Shown piece after piece: positions 1 to 9,254 of a stretch of 64,000 bases of DNA. Each line of letters opens with the position of its first letter. Position 1 is the first letter of the stretch. A program made the translations under genes and the position numbers. Below the pieces are notes generated by a model. That model ran no database searches. It saw only the letters and a list, made by a program, of their open reading frames with translations, and was not told where the DNA came from. The stretch is from the NCBI GenBank assembly GCA_000996035.1, contig LBYH01000001.1:21676-85675 (forward strand), written 5' to 3'. Source of the DNA: Parcubacteria group bacterium GW2011_GWA2_40_143 (GTDB taxonomy: Bacteria; Patescibacteriota; Minisyncoccia; UBA9983).

Positions 1-1189
1 GATAGCACTTTACCTCGGCAGGAGTATTCGCGTATGGCGAAGCCGGTTCAAACCAACCACTGCCGTCACAACCGGCTCCGCCGATATAATTCCACGGACC
101 GGACGAGCTGTTTGAAGTCGCCATCTGGAATCTTACTTTTCCGGTATTGCCCGTTCCGAGACTTCCTTTCCATAAAATGGAATTATACGCGGCGCCGGAT
201 GAACCGGTGTCAAATATGGAAGAATAGACCAATCCGGACACGACATATGCTCCGGTTTGCGTCGGGGGAATAATCTTGGTGTATGTAACTGTTAACTTAG
301 CGTTAACCAAATTGACAATATTGTTGGTTTTTAAATGAATGTATCTGGTGTACTCACCGGCTTCTCTGGCGAAAGTTTTAAAATAATCTGTAACGTCATG
401 ATTGACGCTAAATGATGTCGGACGGCCTGATGAGTTTATGACGTAAGTGGCATCATAAGAAACCGGCGTGGAAGCGCTATTATCAACCGCCACATCCAAG
501 TTTACCGATGAAGGATCGGCCACGCCTTTTATCTCTATAAAAGCGCTTTTGATGTCATCCAAAGGATCGCCGATGGAAAAAGTAAAAGATCTGTCATCGG
601 TTCCATTAAGAGGAGTAGCTCTTTGAAAGAGATGGTACTTTGTCTTTTTGGTCACCACCTGAAAATCAACATCAGCATAAATTTGCGAAACTCTATATTC
701 CGCGTCTTCCCATGAGCCACCGACCTGAACAGTCTTAACCCCCGCTTCAAGATTGGTCAAATCGGAAGTGGACCAGCTGGAGCTGGTGGAAGGATTGACA
801 CTCCAATAAGCGCTACAATATTTATAACCCGAAGAATCCAAACCGGAACAAGCCGTGCCTTCATAATCGGCGCCGGCCACTCTTAAAACCGGCCGAATCT
901 CCTCAGCCGTGCCGACAACCTTCACATAAGAAATGACCCTGACTCCATTTATCGTTCCGGACAAAGAATAATTTTCAAGATTATAAGTCTGGAACGCGCT
1001 AGGAACGGAAGCGGTGTTATAACTCGCGTCTCCGTCGTTGTTTGGATAATCGTCAATATCGGCATATGTTCCGGTCCAATCCGAATGATAACCGGAAGCA
1101 TCAGGCAATAAAACCTTCGCTTCGGCCGTTGTATTGAAAAAGAATGAAGCAATCAAAATTGCAAGGATCAATACTGACAATTTTTTCAT
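1..1189 (-). CDS. Partial CDS running off the window start. Hypothetical secreted protein of at least 396 aa. The N-terminal signal peptide reads MKKLSVLILAILIASFFFNTTAEA.
   Basis: Manual translation from the ATG at 1187-1189 (minus strand) reads without a stop to position 1. It is absent from the ORF track, presumably because it is incomplete. The N-terminus is a hydrophobic signal-like segment. It is co-directional with, and downstream of, the giant surface protein gene. Confidence 0.5.
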   Translation of the reverse strand, partial: MKKLSVLILAILIASFFFNTTAEAKVLLPDASGYHSDWTGTYADIDDYPNNDGDASYNTASVPSAFQTYNLENYSLSGTINGVRVISYVKVVGTAEEIRPVLRVAGADYEGTACSGLDSSGYKYCSAYWSVNPSTSSSWSTSDLTNLEAGVKTVQVGGSWEDAEYRVSQIYADVDFQVVTKKTKYHLFQRATPLNGTDDRSFTFSIGDPLDDIKSAFIEIKGVADPSSVNLDVAVDNSASTPVSYDATYVINSSGRPTSFSVNHDVTDYFKTFAREAGEYTRYIHLKTNNIVNLVNAKLTVTYTKIIPPTQTGAYVVSGLVYSSIFDTGSSGAAYNSILWKGSLGTGNTGKVRFQMATSNSSSGPWNYIGGAGCDGSGWFEPASPYANTPAEVKCY

Positions 1190-1204
1190 AAATTTTTAAT
1201 CCTA

Positions 1205-1927
1205 TTACTGAGCTTTTGTAGAGGTTACACCCCTTGAGGTTGTTAACGTGTAGCGCCATGCCTTGAGATCCGTGTTGTAATACAGGGTTAGCGCCGATAT
1301 CGTGGCATCCGAGTATTGAGGCAATTCCTGTAAACCGATAATCGCTTCATTTGAGTCTCTAAAATTTATCGGCAGATCGACGCCGACTGCCGATAAATCA
1401 ATTTCTTTTTTGGAAACGATTTGGTCAGCCTGGATTATCACCTCGTATCCTTTGCCATTTTTTAATACTGAGGAAAATACCAACTGCCATTGACTGGATT
1501 TTCCATCAAGAGTAACCGCGCCCAATGATTTCACCATCGCAACTTTTGCGTCAGAAGACCACTCTTGCGCCGCCGGCATAGCTAGATCATAACTGCCTTT
1601 TACGGTTAAAATAGCTTTTGTAACAATAATTTTCTCTCCATCGTTTTTGGGAACAAGCGGTGTTTGTACATTGCCTTCACCGCCAAATCTACCTTCAGTT
1701 AAAGTGACTTTTTGCGTATCAGGTATTACCAGATCTTCATCTATAACTTTGGGTTTCTCTTTTTTATCTGCCATAAATGACAAATTATCGCTTTTATCAT
1801 CCCGCAAAAAATAAACAGCCGAAAAAATAAATAACACTCCAAAAACAGAGCCAAGAGAAAGATAAATAATTTTATTTCTGTTTTGGCGAATAATTGCTGT
1901 TTCTTTTTTATTTTTTGATGAAGCCAT
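1205..1927 (-). CDS. Hypothetical membrane-anchored protein (single N-terminal transmembrane helix)
   Basis: 240-aa ORF. A basic N-terminus is followed by a hydrophobic helix (IIYLSLGSVFGVLFIFSAVYFL). No motif was recognised. It is tightly packed between the two neighbouring minus-strand genes. Confidence 0.5.
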   Translation of the reverse strand: MASSKNKKETAIIRQNRNKIIYLSLGSVFGVLFIFSAVYFLRDDKSDNLSFMADKKEKPKVIDEDLVIPDTQKVTLTEGRFGGEGNVQTPLVPKNDGEKIIVTKAILTVKGSYDLAMPAAQEWSSDAKVAMVKSLGAVTLDGKSSQWQLVFSSVLKNGKGYEVIIQADQIVSKKEIDLSAVGVDLPINFRDSNEAIIGLQELPQYSDATISALTLYYNTDLKAWRYTLTTSRGVTSTKAQ

Positions 1928-1973
1928 AGTTATAAAAAATTAATTGATAATTGTTGTTTGTAAGTTTTTGGTT

Positions 1974-4900
1974 TTATTGCACTGGCGTATGATAATATGT
2001 TACCACAATTTTCGCCGAAAGGGCGGTAATATTGGTGCTTGCGTCAACAACCGTCACTTTGAGTGTATTGGAATTGGTCGGGTTTGACGGAGTGGCTATA
2101 TTCAAATCAGAAGCTGAAACTTCATGAATGATGGCAAAAGGTGTCGTAGCGCCGGTTGCCGTTCCTACCGTATAAGTCGCGGCTGTTGCCGAATTAACCT
2201 GAACTGTTACTTGCGATGGCGGCGCGGAATCAGTGGAGAAAACTCCCGTAATTTCCACAAAAGCGCTCTTAATATTATATCCGCTTTCCGGAATCTGCGC
2301 GGTAAAAGTTTGAGAATACTGGCCATCGGATTGGTTCAATGCCGTCTGTTTGGATGTTACGAAAAATTCAGTAGTTCTGGTTTCCGCCTTGCTCGTGGTA
2401 AAAGTACAAGAAGTGTCGCCGCCCAAGCCATAACCTTTGCTTGTTTCATTCCCCGCCTCGTCTTTTGAACGCGCTCTGTAATAATAAACCGTATCAGGAC
2501 TTAAGCCGGTGAGTATGATTTGCTGAGGGTCGCTGTTGTATCCGGAACTTGGCGCGCCGCAAGTTTCATTGCCGCTTCCCTGCGAACAAACGGAAGAAGT
2601 AAAATTCGTCGTGGTGCTGTATTGAACTTGCTTCGTGAAAGTTGAGGACATAGCGTCTGTAAGATACCAGATGATAGTCGCCCCGCCGGCGGTCAAACTG
2701 CCGTGCATCGGGCAAGAAGTGGTTATGGCCGGCGCCGTCGCGTCTATGTAAAAATCCACATCGTTTGGATCCGTATTCCCGCCAAAAGAAACCCAATCGC
2801 TCGGATAATCACCGGTGCCATCACAAGCGGATGTGTGCGTTCCGCCTTTATTGTGGCAAACTCTGGCTTGCCAATGATATTGGGTATTAGTGGAAAGAAC
2901 GGTTGAAACTTGCCCCGTGGCAGGACCCGGGCCGGCTTGTCCCGTGCCTTCCGCCGTTACCGCGTTGGTAAAGGCCACGCCCACCGCTTTGGCTTCTATC
3001 TGCGGATAAAGAGTTCCGCCAGAAACTGAAGCTTGCATTGTCATCTGGAAATATATAGTGGTGGAACTGGCCGCCCCTCCAACGCTTATTGAATCCGTGT
3101 AGCCGGAATTTTTGAATTGATCGAGGACGGACGGGTTGCTAGGAGTATTGGAAAGCAAGGTTAAGTTTAACGCGTTGGAATCATATCCGTTTGACTTAAC
3201 AACGACATTTCCAGAAGCGGCGCCGGTCGGCACTTTTACATTAACGCCAACCGTGGAAGAATCTCCGTTCGCCCAAGTATTAAGCAATGTCGCGTCAACG
3301 GCATTGTAAAAAGTTATTTTATTGTCCGCGTCAAGCGCGCCCGGGCAGCTTGCCGCGCCGGCTTGACACAAATGATTGCCGATAATTTCCACATTATCAC
3401 CCACAGCCGGATTAACCGGATTAAATTCCGTTATCTTCGGCAACACCCTAAACCCATTGGAATCGTAAGCATTATCTTCTTTTGAACCGGTATCGGCGGC
3501 TCTGGTGATTTTAATATCTCCGAGATAAACATTATCCGCTATTGAGGTAGGAACAACCACGGTAATGGCGGTATCAGACCAAGTAACATCAACGGCTGGA
3601 ACGAGAATGTCGCCAAAATTACCGATAAAATTAACCGCGCCTTCCGTAACTCCGAATCGTTTGCCATCAATGTTGATATTATCAGCTTCTCTGGCTTGAG
3701 TGGGTATATTGGTAACCTCCGGGTAAATATAAAAATCTCGTCTTGCATCATCTTGTGTTCCTCCGACAGTCGCCAACAGGCCTTTTCCTGATGCCGCTGT
3801 TCCTCCATAAGTGGTTACTTGAGTTGACGGAATAGTCGCTGAAATAGTGGTGTTGTTGGCGTTGTTACAAGTGAGAGTTGTGCCTTCCACTTGGATTGAT
3901 ATAGAACCACAAACCGTGCCGAAGCCGGCGCCGGTGATCGTAATATTTTGACCATTCCTTGCGCCAAGATTATTTAAAACAGCCTCGCTAATGTTGTCGT
4001 AGGAAGTAACATTTGGACGGATAGTGGTGGAGCCGGAAAGCTGAACCGGATAGGTTCCCGCTTTAGTTGTGCCGTTTTGCAAAGTAAAATCTGTTGAACT
4101 GGTTATTTCCAAATCAATCGCCTGCCCGCCAACAGCACCCATCGCAATATCAAAAACGACATAAACGCAAGTGTAATTACTCCCAACCGTCACCGGTATG
4201 CTTAAACCCGAAAGCGTCATTTTGTCTGTCGTAACATCAAAAGTATCACTCACTAATGTTTCAGTTCCATTATACGCGCAAGTAGCAACTCCGCTTTCGT
4301 ATCTTATGCCCGCGTTAGCGCTTAAATTCGCGTTCGCGTTCACAGTGCCGGCTTCGGAAATAGTCAAAGCAGTAATAGTATCTGCGCTTCCGCTTGTTTG
4401 CTGAAAAGTAAATGCCGCGCCAACATATTGACCGGTGGCACCGGAATCAAGATTGACTGTTTGCGTTCCGCTTGAAGCCGCCGTAACTTGCGGTGGTGCT
4501 GATGTCGTCCCAGAACCCGCAGTACTCAAACCTGTTTGATCTCCATCCTCGTTTTTCGCTTTTGATTGAAAATCATATAGTGTGCCAGCTGTTAGTCCGT
4601 TGATAGTTAAGCTGGTAAGTTGCGTATCAGTTAACCAAACTTCGGTCACTGAAGCGTTACCTAAAGCATTCACCCATTTGCCATTCCAGTTGGCATCAGC
4701 AGTAGTAACCTGCACCGCAAAATTAGTTACGGGATTAGAAAGAGGGTTTCCATTTTCGTTGTTGGTAATAACAAGAGTGGTTTCAGTCGGAGAACCAACA
4801 GCCGGCGCAGTCGGCGTGTTAGCAGAAGTATATAGAGTAGTAATACCGGAATATCCGGTCTCGTTTGGAGTGCCAGCGTTGTCGCGCGCCTTTACCTTAT

Positions 4901-7900
4901 ATCCATAACATTTGTTTACCGAAAGCCCTGTGTCGCTATAAGTAGTGCCTGCCTGCCATCCACTATCCGCCGCACCTATGCCGACATTTGCACCAACACA
5001 AGCAGTGGTATCCAAAGCGAAATAATAACTAACTGGTGGAGTAGTGGCATCAGTGGCGGTGGTGGCAGTCATATCAATCTGCGTGGCGCTCGTATTTGAC
5101 GGAGCCGTAGCAAAAGTCATTGGGTCGGGTGTTGGAGGTGTGGTGTCATTGGCAATAGTAAAAGTCAAGCCATTGCTTGTATATGGACTTCCCCCTCCTG
5201 TAGTAACCGTTACACTGTATCCGCCATTGGTTAGCGTTGGAGCATTAGCGATGATTTCAATATGAGTAGGTATGCCTGTAACTGTGGCATTAGCAGTTCC
5301 CCACTTTACATCATTACCATCGTCGGGAGTAGTGTTGAATGTAACGGCGGAGGGACAGGCTCCTGTTTGACACAAGTGATCGCCGGCAATAGTAGTGGAT
5401 TGACCGTTCGGACCGGTATTTGGTGTGAGTGAAATAATTCTTGGTAAAATTCTAAATCCATCTGCCGAATATGCTAACCCTGTTTTGGAGTCAGAATTTC
5501 TGGTAATTCTAATATCGCCAAGATAAATACTGTCGCTCAAAGTAGTTGGCACAGTGACGGTAATAGAGGTATCTGACCAAGTAATACCACCTGTGGCAGG
5601 AACAGCAGCGCCGAAACCACCGACAAAATCAATAGTGCCTGCAGTAGCTCCAAAGTGATTTCCACCAAAAGTAATACTGTCGTTTTCTTTGGCCGCATCG
5701 CCACCGGGCCAGCTGGTGATTTTAGGAAGGATGATAAAACCAGCGGAATTATCAGATAAGGTATTGTCTCCTTCTGTTCCTTGATAGGCGACAACAGTAA
5801 CCGAGTTGTTGGCGTCATTAATAGCTGAAGGTACCACTGCTTGAATAGAAGTATCTCCCCAAGTTGATATTGTTGCCGCTACTCCATCAATAGTTACCTT
5901 GTTAGTTCCTTGAGTTGTGCCAAATCTTGTACCGGTAATAGTAACAGTGTCGCCTTCTTTTGCTTCACCTACACCAGAGGGAGAGATGGAAGTAATATCT
6001 GGATATACTTTGAACGATAGAGGTGTGGTGTCCGCTTGAGAGTTAGCGGTAACTGTAAGATTGTTTCCATAAACGGTGATGGCTGATGGAATATTGAATG
6101 TAATAGAGGCAGCTGACCATGCTGTAACATTAGCAGTTGGTATTTGATAAGTTCCCACCTTGACATTGTTGGTGGCAGTAGAACGGTTAGCCGCTCCCGG
6201 ATCAGCTCCGAAATTAGTACCGGTGATGACAATGGTTTGACCAACTCTCGCTCCGAGATTATTCAATCCCGATTCAGTGCTGTTGGTGAAAGAGGTGGCG
6301 TTGGGTGGCGTCGCCGCAGGCGTAAAAGTCCCAATAGCAACCCCGACATCATAGTTGCCATTGGTATCACGGCTGAAAACTTTGTAAGTGTAGGCCTGTC
6401 CATTAGTCAAAGCAGTAGTAGTACAACCAGCACTTCCTCCTGTACCATCAATCTTGCTTTGAACAGCGGAAGCAGTGGAGGAAATGACACAAGCGACAGT
6501 GGCAGTGGTAATAGTGTTACCGGCAGAATAGGCCGAGCCTTCGGCTGGGACTTCAGAACCAGCAGTGCCAGAAGCCCAACGGAGAACAACGGAACCAGAA
6601 GTGGTATTAAAATCAGCAGAGTTAGAAGCTGTCCAATTGATAGTGTTAGCAGTATCTCCGGCTGTACCAGAAACAGAAGTGGCGCCATTAGGTGAAAGGT
6701 TATCTAAAGTCATAGTAGCGCTACCAGAGTCAGTGCCCGCTTGTGTAGCATTGCCACTGGTAAAGCCAGTCACTGTGGCAGTGATAGCATACGAAGCGCC
6801 AGGAGGAACAGGCATAGAGCCGTGTGCTTTAGCCGTTAATTTAATTTTGAATTGAGTGTTAGTGATAGAAACAGGAATACCACAAGTAGAAAGCGAAGCG
6901 GAGTCGCCAGAAGGAGTTGCGGAACAATAGGTTACTGTGTCGCCGTCATTAGTAATCGCCACTGTTTGAATATATTGCCCCATACCAGCAGCGATGCCAA
7001 TAGTGGCGGCGGTAACTGTGTCAGTACTACCATCTGTTTGCAATCCAAAAGAATCAACCAAAGCCGATGCTCCGGGAGCGATAGTGGCATTAGACGGCTC
7101 GGCTGTAACGAAGTTTGAGATGGTTGTGATGTAGGAAGGCGCGGAAGTCGTACCCGAGCCCGCCGTGCTCAAAGCCGTTTGGTCGCCATCCTCGTTTCTC
7201 GCTTTTGATTGAAAATTATATAGCGTTCCTCCTGTTAGTCCATTAACCGTCAAGCTGGTAAGCTGTGTGTCAGTCAGCCAAACTTCGGAAACAGAAGCGT
7301 TACCCGTAGCATCAACCCACTTACCATTCCAGTTAGCATCAGCAGTAGTAACCTGCACCGCGAAAGAGGTGGTTGGATTAGAAAGAGGGTTTCCATTTTC
7401 GTTGTTGGTAATAACAAGAGTGGTTTCAGTCGGACTGCCCACCGTCGGCGCGCTCGGCGTGTTGGCTGAAGTGTAAAGAGTGGTAATGCCAGAATAACCG
7501 GTTTCATTTGGAGTGCCGACGGAATCGCGCGCTTTTACTTTATAGCCGTAACATTTGTTTACATCAAGACCAATGTCGCTGTATGTTGTGCCTGCCTGCC
7601 ATCCGCTATCAGCGGCGCCGGCGCCGATATTAGCGACAACACAAGAAGTAGTATCCAAGGCAAAATAGTAACTGACTGGCGGTGTCGTGGCATCAGTAGC
7701 AGTAGTCGCTGTCATATCAATCTGCGAGGCGCTCGTATTGCTCGGCGCCGAAGCAAAAGTCATCGGGTCGGGGGTGGGCGGGGTCGTATCAGCAGGTGGT
7801 GGCGCCGGTTTTAGCGCGATAGACATCATTGCCTTATAGGTATTTGTTGATACAGTAACAGCAGTTGCCCCATAATTTCCAGCCGTTACTTTTTCTCCGC

Positions 7901-8711
7901 TTGCTACACCTAAGGCACCTCCATTATTAGTATTTTTAGCATTATCGCTTTGCTCTGTGAGGCTGGAAAGATTGGCATTGGCCCAACCAGAAAAAACAGT
8001 TGTGCTATTTCCGTCAGGCAACGCGGTGGCGATAGCTGTCACTACAAGGGTATTATCTACGGTCGTAATGGCGCCGGGTATAGAACCGCTGTTATCCGCT
8101 ACTGCTTCAACCCCACCAGCTGTCACATCCCATGGATCTCCAGTGGTGATAACTCCACTGTACGCGGATATTCTTGCGAATTGATGGTCGCCGGAATCTC
8201 CCAAACTGGGGTTGCCTTGCGTTCCGTTATATCTTGACCAAAAGGCCGTAAGGCGAGTGCCGGCTGTGCCAGCCACGCCGGCGGTTTGTGGAGAATTGGT
8301 AACTTCTGTCCATGTTCCGCCACCTTGATTGGTAATAGAAACCGCTTGTGCTCCTGTCTCAACAAAAAGAAGCAAGATATCATCTGTTTGAATTCCTGAC
8401 GGCAAGGCAGGAGTGATTGCGGCAGCGCCGGCAGCAAAAGTTCCATTGGCAATCCATACTGGCGCCGTGGCCGCGCGCGCTTCTTCAATTTTCCACCCCT
8501 CTTTCAAATTTCTTAACGAAGTAAACTTATCAACAACATTATCGTCTTGCGACAAACGCCATGCGCGGTCTACGATATTGCCGGTCTTAATATATCCTTC
8601 AATCGCGCCAGACAACATATAAAAAGGAATATTAGAAAACACCACGCCAAAAATCACCAAAACAATGGCGGAGTTGCGGAAAAATTTTAATAATTTTTTA
8701 ACTATTTTCAT
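1974..8711 (-). CDS. Giant (2245 aa) Thr/Ser/Gly/Ala-rich cell-surface protein with an N-terminal membrane anchor and repeated Ig-like/IPT/FN3-like modules
   Basis: Single uninterrupted 6.7-kb ORF. An N-terminal transmembrane helix is present. Repeated protein modules are visible in the translation: two copies of a roughly 210-aa TTPPTPDPMTFA...SGTTSAP block, and two or more copies of an ITGT(N/R)FG / GGNHFG IPT/TIG-like block. The composition is strongly biased towards T/S/G/A. Confidence 0.7.
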   Translation of the reverse strand: MKIVKKLLKFFRNSAIVLVIFGVVFSNIPFYMLSGAIEGYIKTGNIVDRAWRLSQDDNVVDKFTSLRNLKEGWKIEEARAATAPVWIANGTFAAGAAAITPALPSGIQTDDILLLFVETGAQAVSITNQGGGTWTEVTNSPQTAGVAGTAGTRLTAFWSRYNGTQGNPSLGDSGDHQFARISAYSGVITTGDPWDVTAGGVEAVADNSGSIPGAITTVDNTLVVTAIATALPDGNSTTVFSGWANANLSSLTEQSDNAKNTNNGGALGVASGEKVTAGNYGATAVTVSTNTYKAMMSIALKPAPPPADTTPPTPDPMTFASAPSNTSASQIDMTATTATDATTPPVSYYFALDTTSCVVANIGAGAADSGWQAGTTYSDIGLDVNKCYGYKVKARDSVGTPNETGYSGITTLYTSANTPSAPTVGSPTETTLVITNNENGNPLSNPTTSFAVQVTTADANWNGKWVDATGNASVSEVWLTDTQLTSLTVNGLTGGTLYNFQSKARNEDGDQTALSTAGSGTTSAPSYITTISNFVTAEPSNATIAPGASALVDSFGLQTDGSTDTVTAATIGIAAGMGQYIQTVAITNDGDTVTYCSATPSGDSASLSTCGIPVSITNTQFKIKLTAKAHGSMPVPPGASYAITATVTGFTSGNATQAGTDSGSATMTLDNLSPNGATSVSGTAGDTANTINWTASNSADFNTTSGSVVLRWASGTAGSEVPAEGSAYSAGNTITTATVACVISSTASAVQSKIDGTGGSAGCTTTALTNGQAYTYKVFSRDTNGNYDVGVAIGTFTPAATPPNATSFTNSTESGLNNLGARVGQTIVITGTNFGADPGAANRSTATNNVKVGTYQIPTANVTAWSAASITFNIPSAITVYGNNLTVTANSQADTTPLSFKVYPDITSISPSGVGEAKEGDTVTITGTRFGTTQGTNKVTIDGVAATISTWGDTSIQAVVPSAINDANNSVTVVAYQGTEGDNTLSDNSAGFIILPKITSWPGGDAAKENDSITFGGNHFGATAGTIDFVGGFGAAVPATGGITWSDTSITVTVPTTLSDSIYLGDIRITRNSDSKTGLAYSADGFRILPRIISLTPNTGPNGQSTTIAGDHLCQTGACPSAVTFNTTPDDGNDVKWGTANATVTGIPTHIEIIANAPTLTNGGYSVTVTTGGGSPYTSNGLTFTIANDTTPPTPDPMTFATAPSNTSATQIDMTATTATDATTPPVSYYFALDTTACVGANVGIGAADSGWQAGTTYSDTGLSVNKCYGYKVKARDNAGTPNETGYSGITTLYTSANTPTAPAVGSPTETTLVITNNENGNPLSNPVTNFAVQVTTADANWNGKWVNALGNASVTEVWLTDTQLTSLTINGLTAGTLYDFQSKAKNEDGDQTGLSTAGSGTTSAPPQVTAASSGTQTVNLDSGATGQYVGAAFTFQQTSGSADTITALTISEAGTVNANANLSANAGIRYESGVATCAYNGTETLVSDTFDVTTDKMTLSGLSIPVTVGSNYTCVYVVFDIAMGAVGGQAIDLEITSSTDFTLQNGTTKAGTYPVQLSGSTTIRPNVTSYDNISEAVLNNLGARNGQNITITGAGFGTVCGSISIQVEGTTLTCNNANNTTISATIPSTQVTTYGGTAASGKGLLATVGGTQDDARRDFYIYPEVTNIPTQAREADNINIDGKRFGVTEGAVNFIGNFGDILVPAVDVTWSDTAITVVVPTSIADNVYLGDIKITRAADTGSKEDNAYDSNGFRVLPKITEFNPVNPAVGDNVEIIGNHLCQAGAASCPGALDADNKITFYNAVDATLLNTWANGDSSTVGVNVKVPTGAASGNVVVKSNGYDSNALNLTLLSNTPSNPSVLDQFKNSGYTDSISVGGAASSTTIYFQMTMQASVSGGTLYPQIEAKAVGVAFTNAVTAEGTGQAGPGPATGQVSTVLSTNTQYHWQARVCHNKGGTHTSACDGTGDYPSDWVSFGGNTDPNDVDFYIDATAPAITTSCPMHGSLTAGGATIIWYLTDAMSSTFTKQVQYSTTTNFTSSVCSQGSGNETCGAPSSGYNSDPQQIILTGLSPDTVYYYRARSKDEAGNETSKGYGLGGDTSCTFTTSKAETRTTEFFVTSKQTALNQSDGQYSQTFTAQIPESGYNIKSAFVEITGVFSTDSAPPSQVTVQVNSATAATYTVGTATGATTPFAIIHEVSASDLNIATPSNPTNSNTLKVTVVDASTNITALSAKIVVTYYHTPVQ
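4521..5150. repeat. Internal direct repeat, copy A of a roughly 630-bp duplicated segment inside the giant gene
   Basis: Roughly 85-90% nucleotide identity to 7165-7795 by eye. Long runs are shared, for example ccattccagtt(g/a)gcatcagcagtagtaacctgcaccgc and agagggtttccattttcgttgttggtaataacaagagtggtttcagtcgg. Confidence 0.7.
7165..7795. repeat. Internal direct repeat, copy B (about 2.64 kb from copy A, same orientation)
   Basis: Same as copy A. The translated copies are roughly 90% identical at the protein level. Confidence 0.7.
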
Positions 8712-8845
8712 CTTTATTTATTTTATCATCTAAAAACCAGATTCCCAAGTTATTCACAGCGACTATTGACATGAAATACGGGCTTGCTAATATGTAAATA
8801 CAAATGGCTTCGGCCCGACTCCGCCATAAGGCGGAGGAAAAACCA

Positions 8846-8880
8846 GAAAAACTCAAGGCAATAATGCCTTGAGTTTTTCT
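8846..8880. terminator. Perfect 16-bp-stem hairpin (AGAAAAACTCAAGGCA-ATAA-TGCCTTGAGTTTTTCT) followed by T-runs on both strands. Likely bidirectional intrinsic terminator overlapping the mazF-like stop codon.
   Basis: Inverted repeat read directly from the sequence. TTTTTCT follows the stem on the plus strand and TTTTTCTGGTTTTTCC follows it on the minus strand. Confidence 0.5.
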
Positions 8881-9248
8881 ATTAAGCTTCTAAAATCTTT
8901 TTCGCTTATATCTCCTATTTTTCGGCTTAATCTTTGCGCATCGATAAGTCGAATTTGGGATAAGATTGCGACACTCATAGCAGTGCCGCTAAAAGGAAAT
9001 TCAAAATAATATTTATTTCTCTTTTTTGTTTTTGAGAGTGGAATTGCCCAAAAAATTTCATTGTTGAATTTTCGCATGACAACAATGGGTCTCTGGAAAT
9101 CTTCTCCGACTCCATCTTGTTCAAATCCAACATTTGCTCCGACAGAACAAAACCATATTTCTTTCTCGTGAAAAAATGGCCGTTTTTCCACTTCATTAAT
9201 TGTTGATTTTTTATTATGCCATTTTTGAAAATCTTTTTTCATTTTCAT
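8853..9248 (-). CDS. PemK/MazF-family endoribonuclease toxin (type II toxin-antitoxin toxin-like)
   Basis: 131 aa. A RPIVVM segment matches the RPAVVVS-like strand of MazF. The C-terminal SVAILSQIRLIDAQRLSRKIG resembles the conserved MazF/PemK SVxxxxQIRTIDKxRLxxKIG region. Confidence 0.6.
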   Translation of the reverse strand: MKMKKDFQKWHNKKSTINEVEKRPFFHEKEIWFCSVGANVGFEQDGVGEDFQRPIVVMRKFNNEIFWAIPLSKTKKRNKYYFEFPFSGTAMSVAILSQIRLIDAQRLSRKIGDISEKDFRSLIEKLKALLP

Positions 9249-9254
9249 TCTGAC

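Noticed and set aside
1974-2400. Possible phage tail-fibre/host-specificity-like N-terminal domain in the giant protein (LLLFVETGAQAVSITNQGGGTW… segment)
   Set aside because: Only a vague resemblance from memory. It cannot be supported without a profile search.
2124-8622. Many 60-180-aa ORFs on both strands within 1974..8711 (e.g. 6144..6695 +, 6407..6688 -, 7274..7507 -)
   Set aside because: They are embedded in the continuous 2245-aa ORF. Thr/Ser/Gly-rich coding DNA generates long alternative-frame ORFs with Leu/Pro/Arg-rich nonsense translations.
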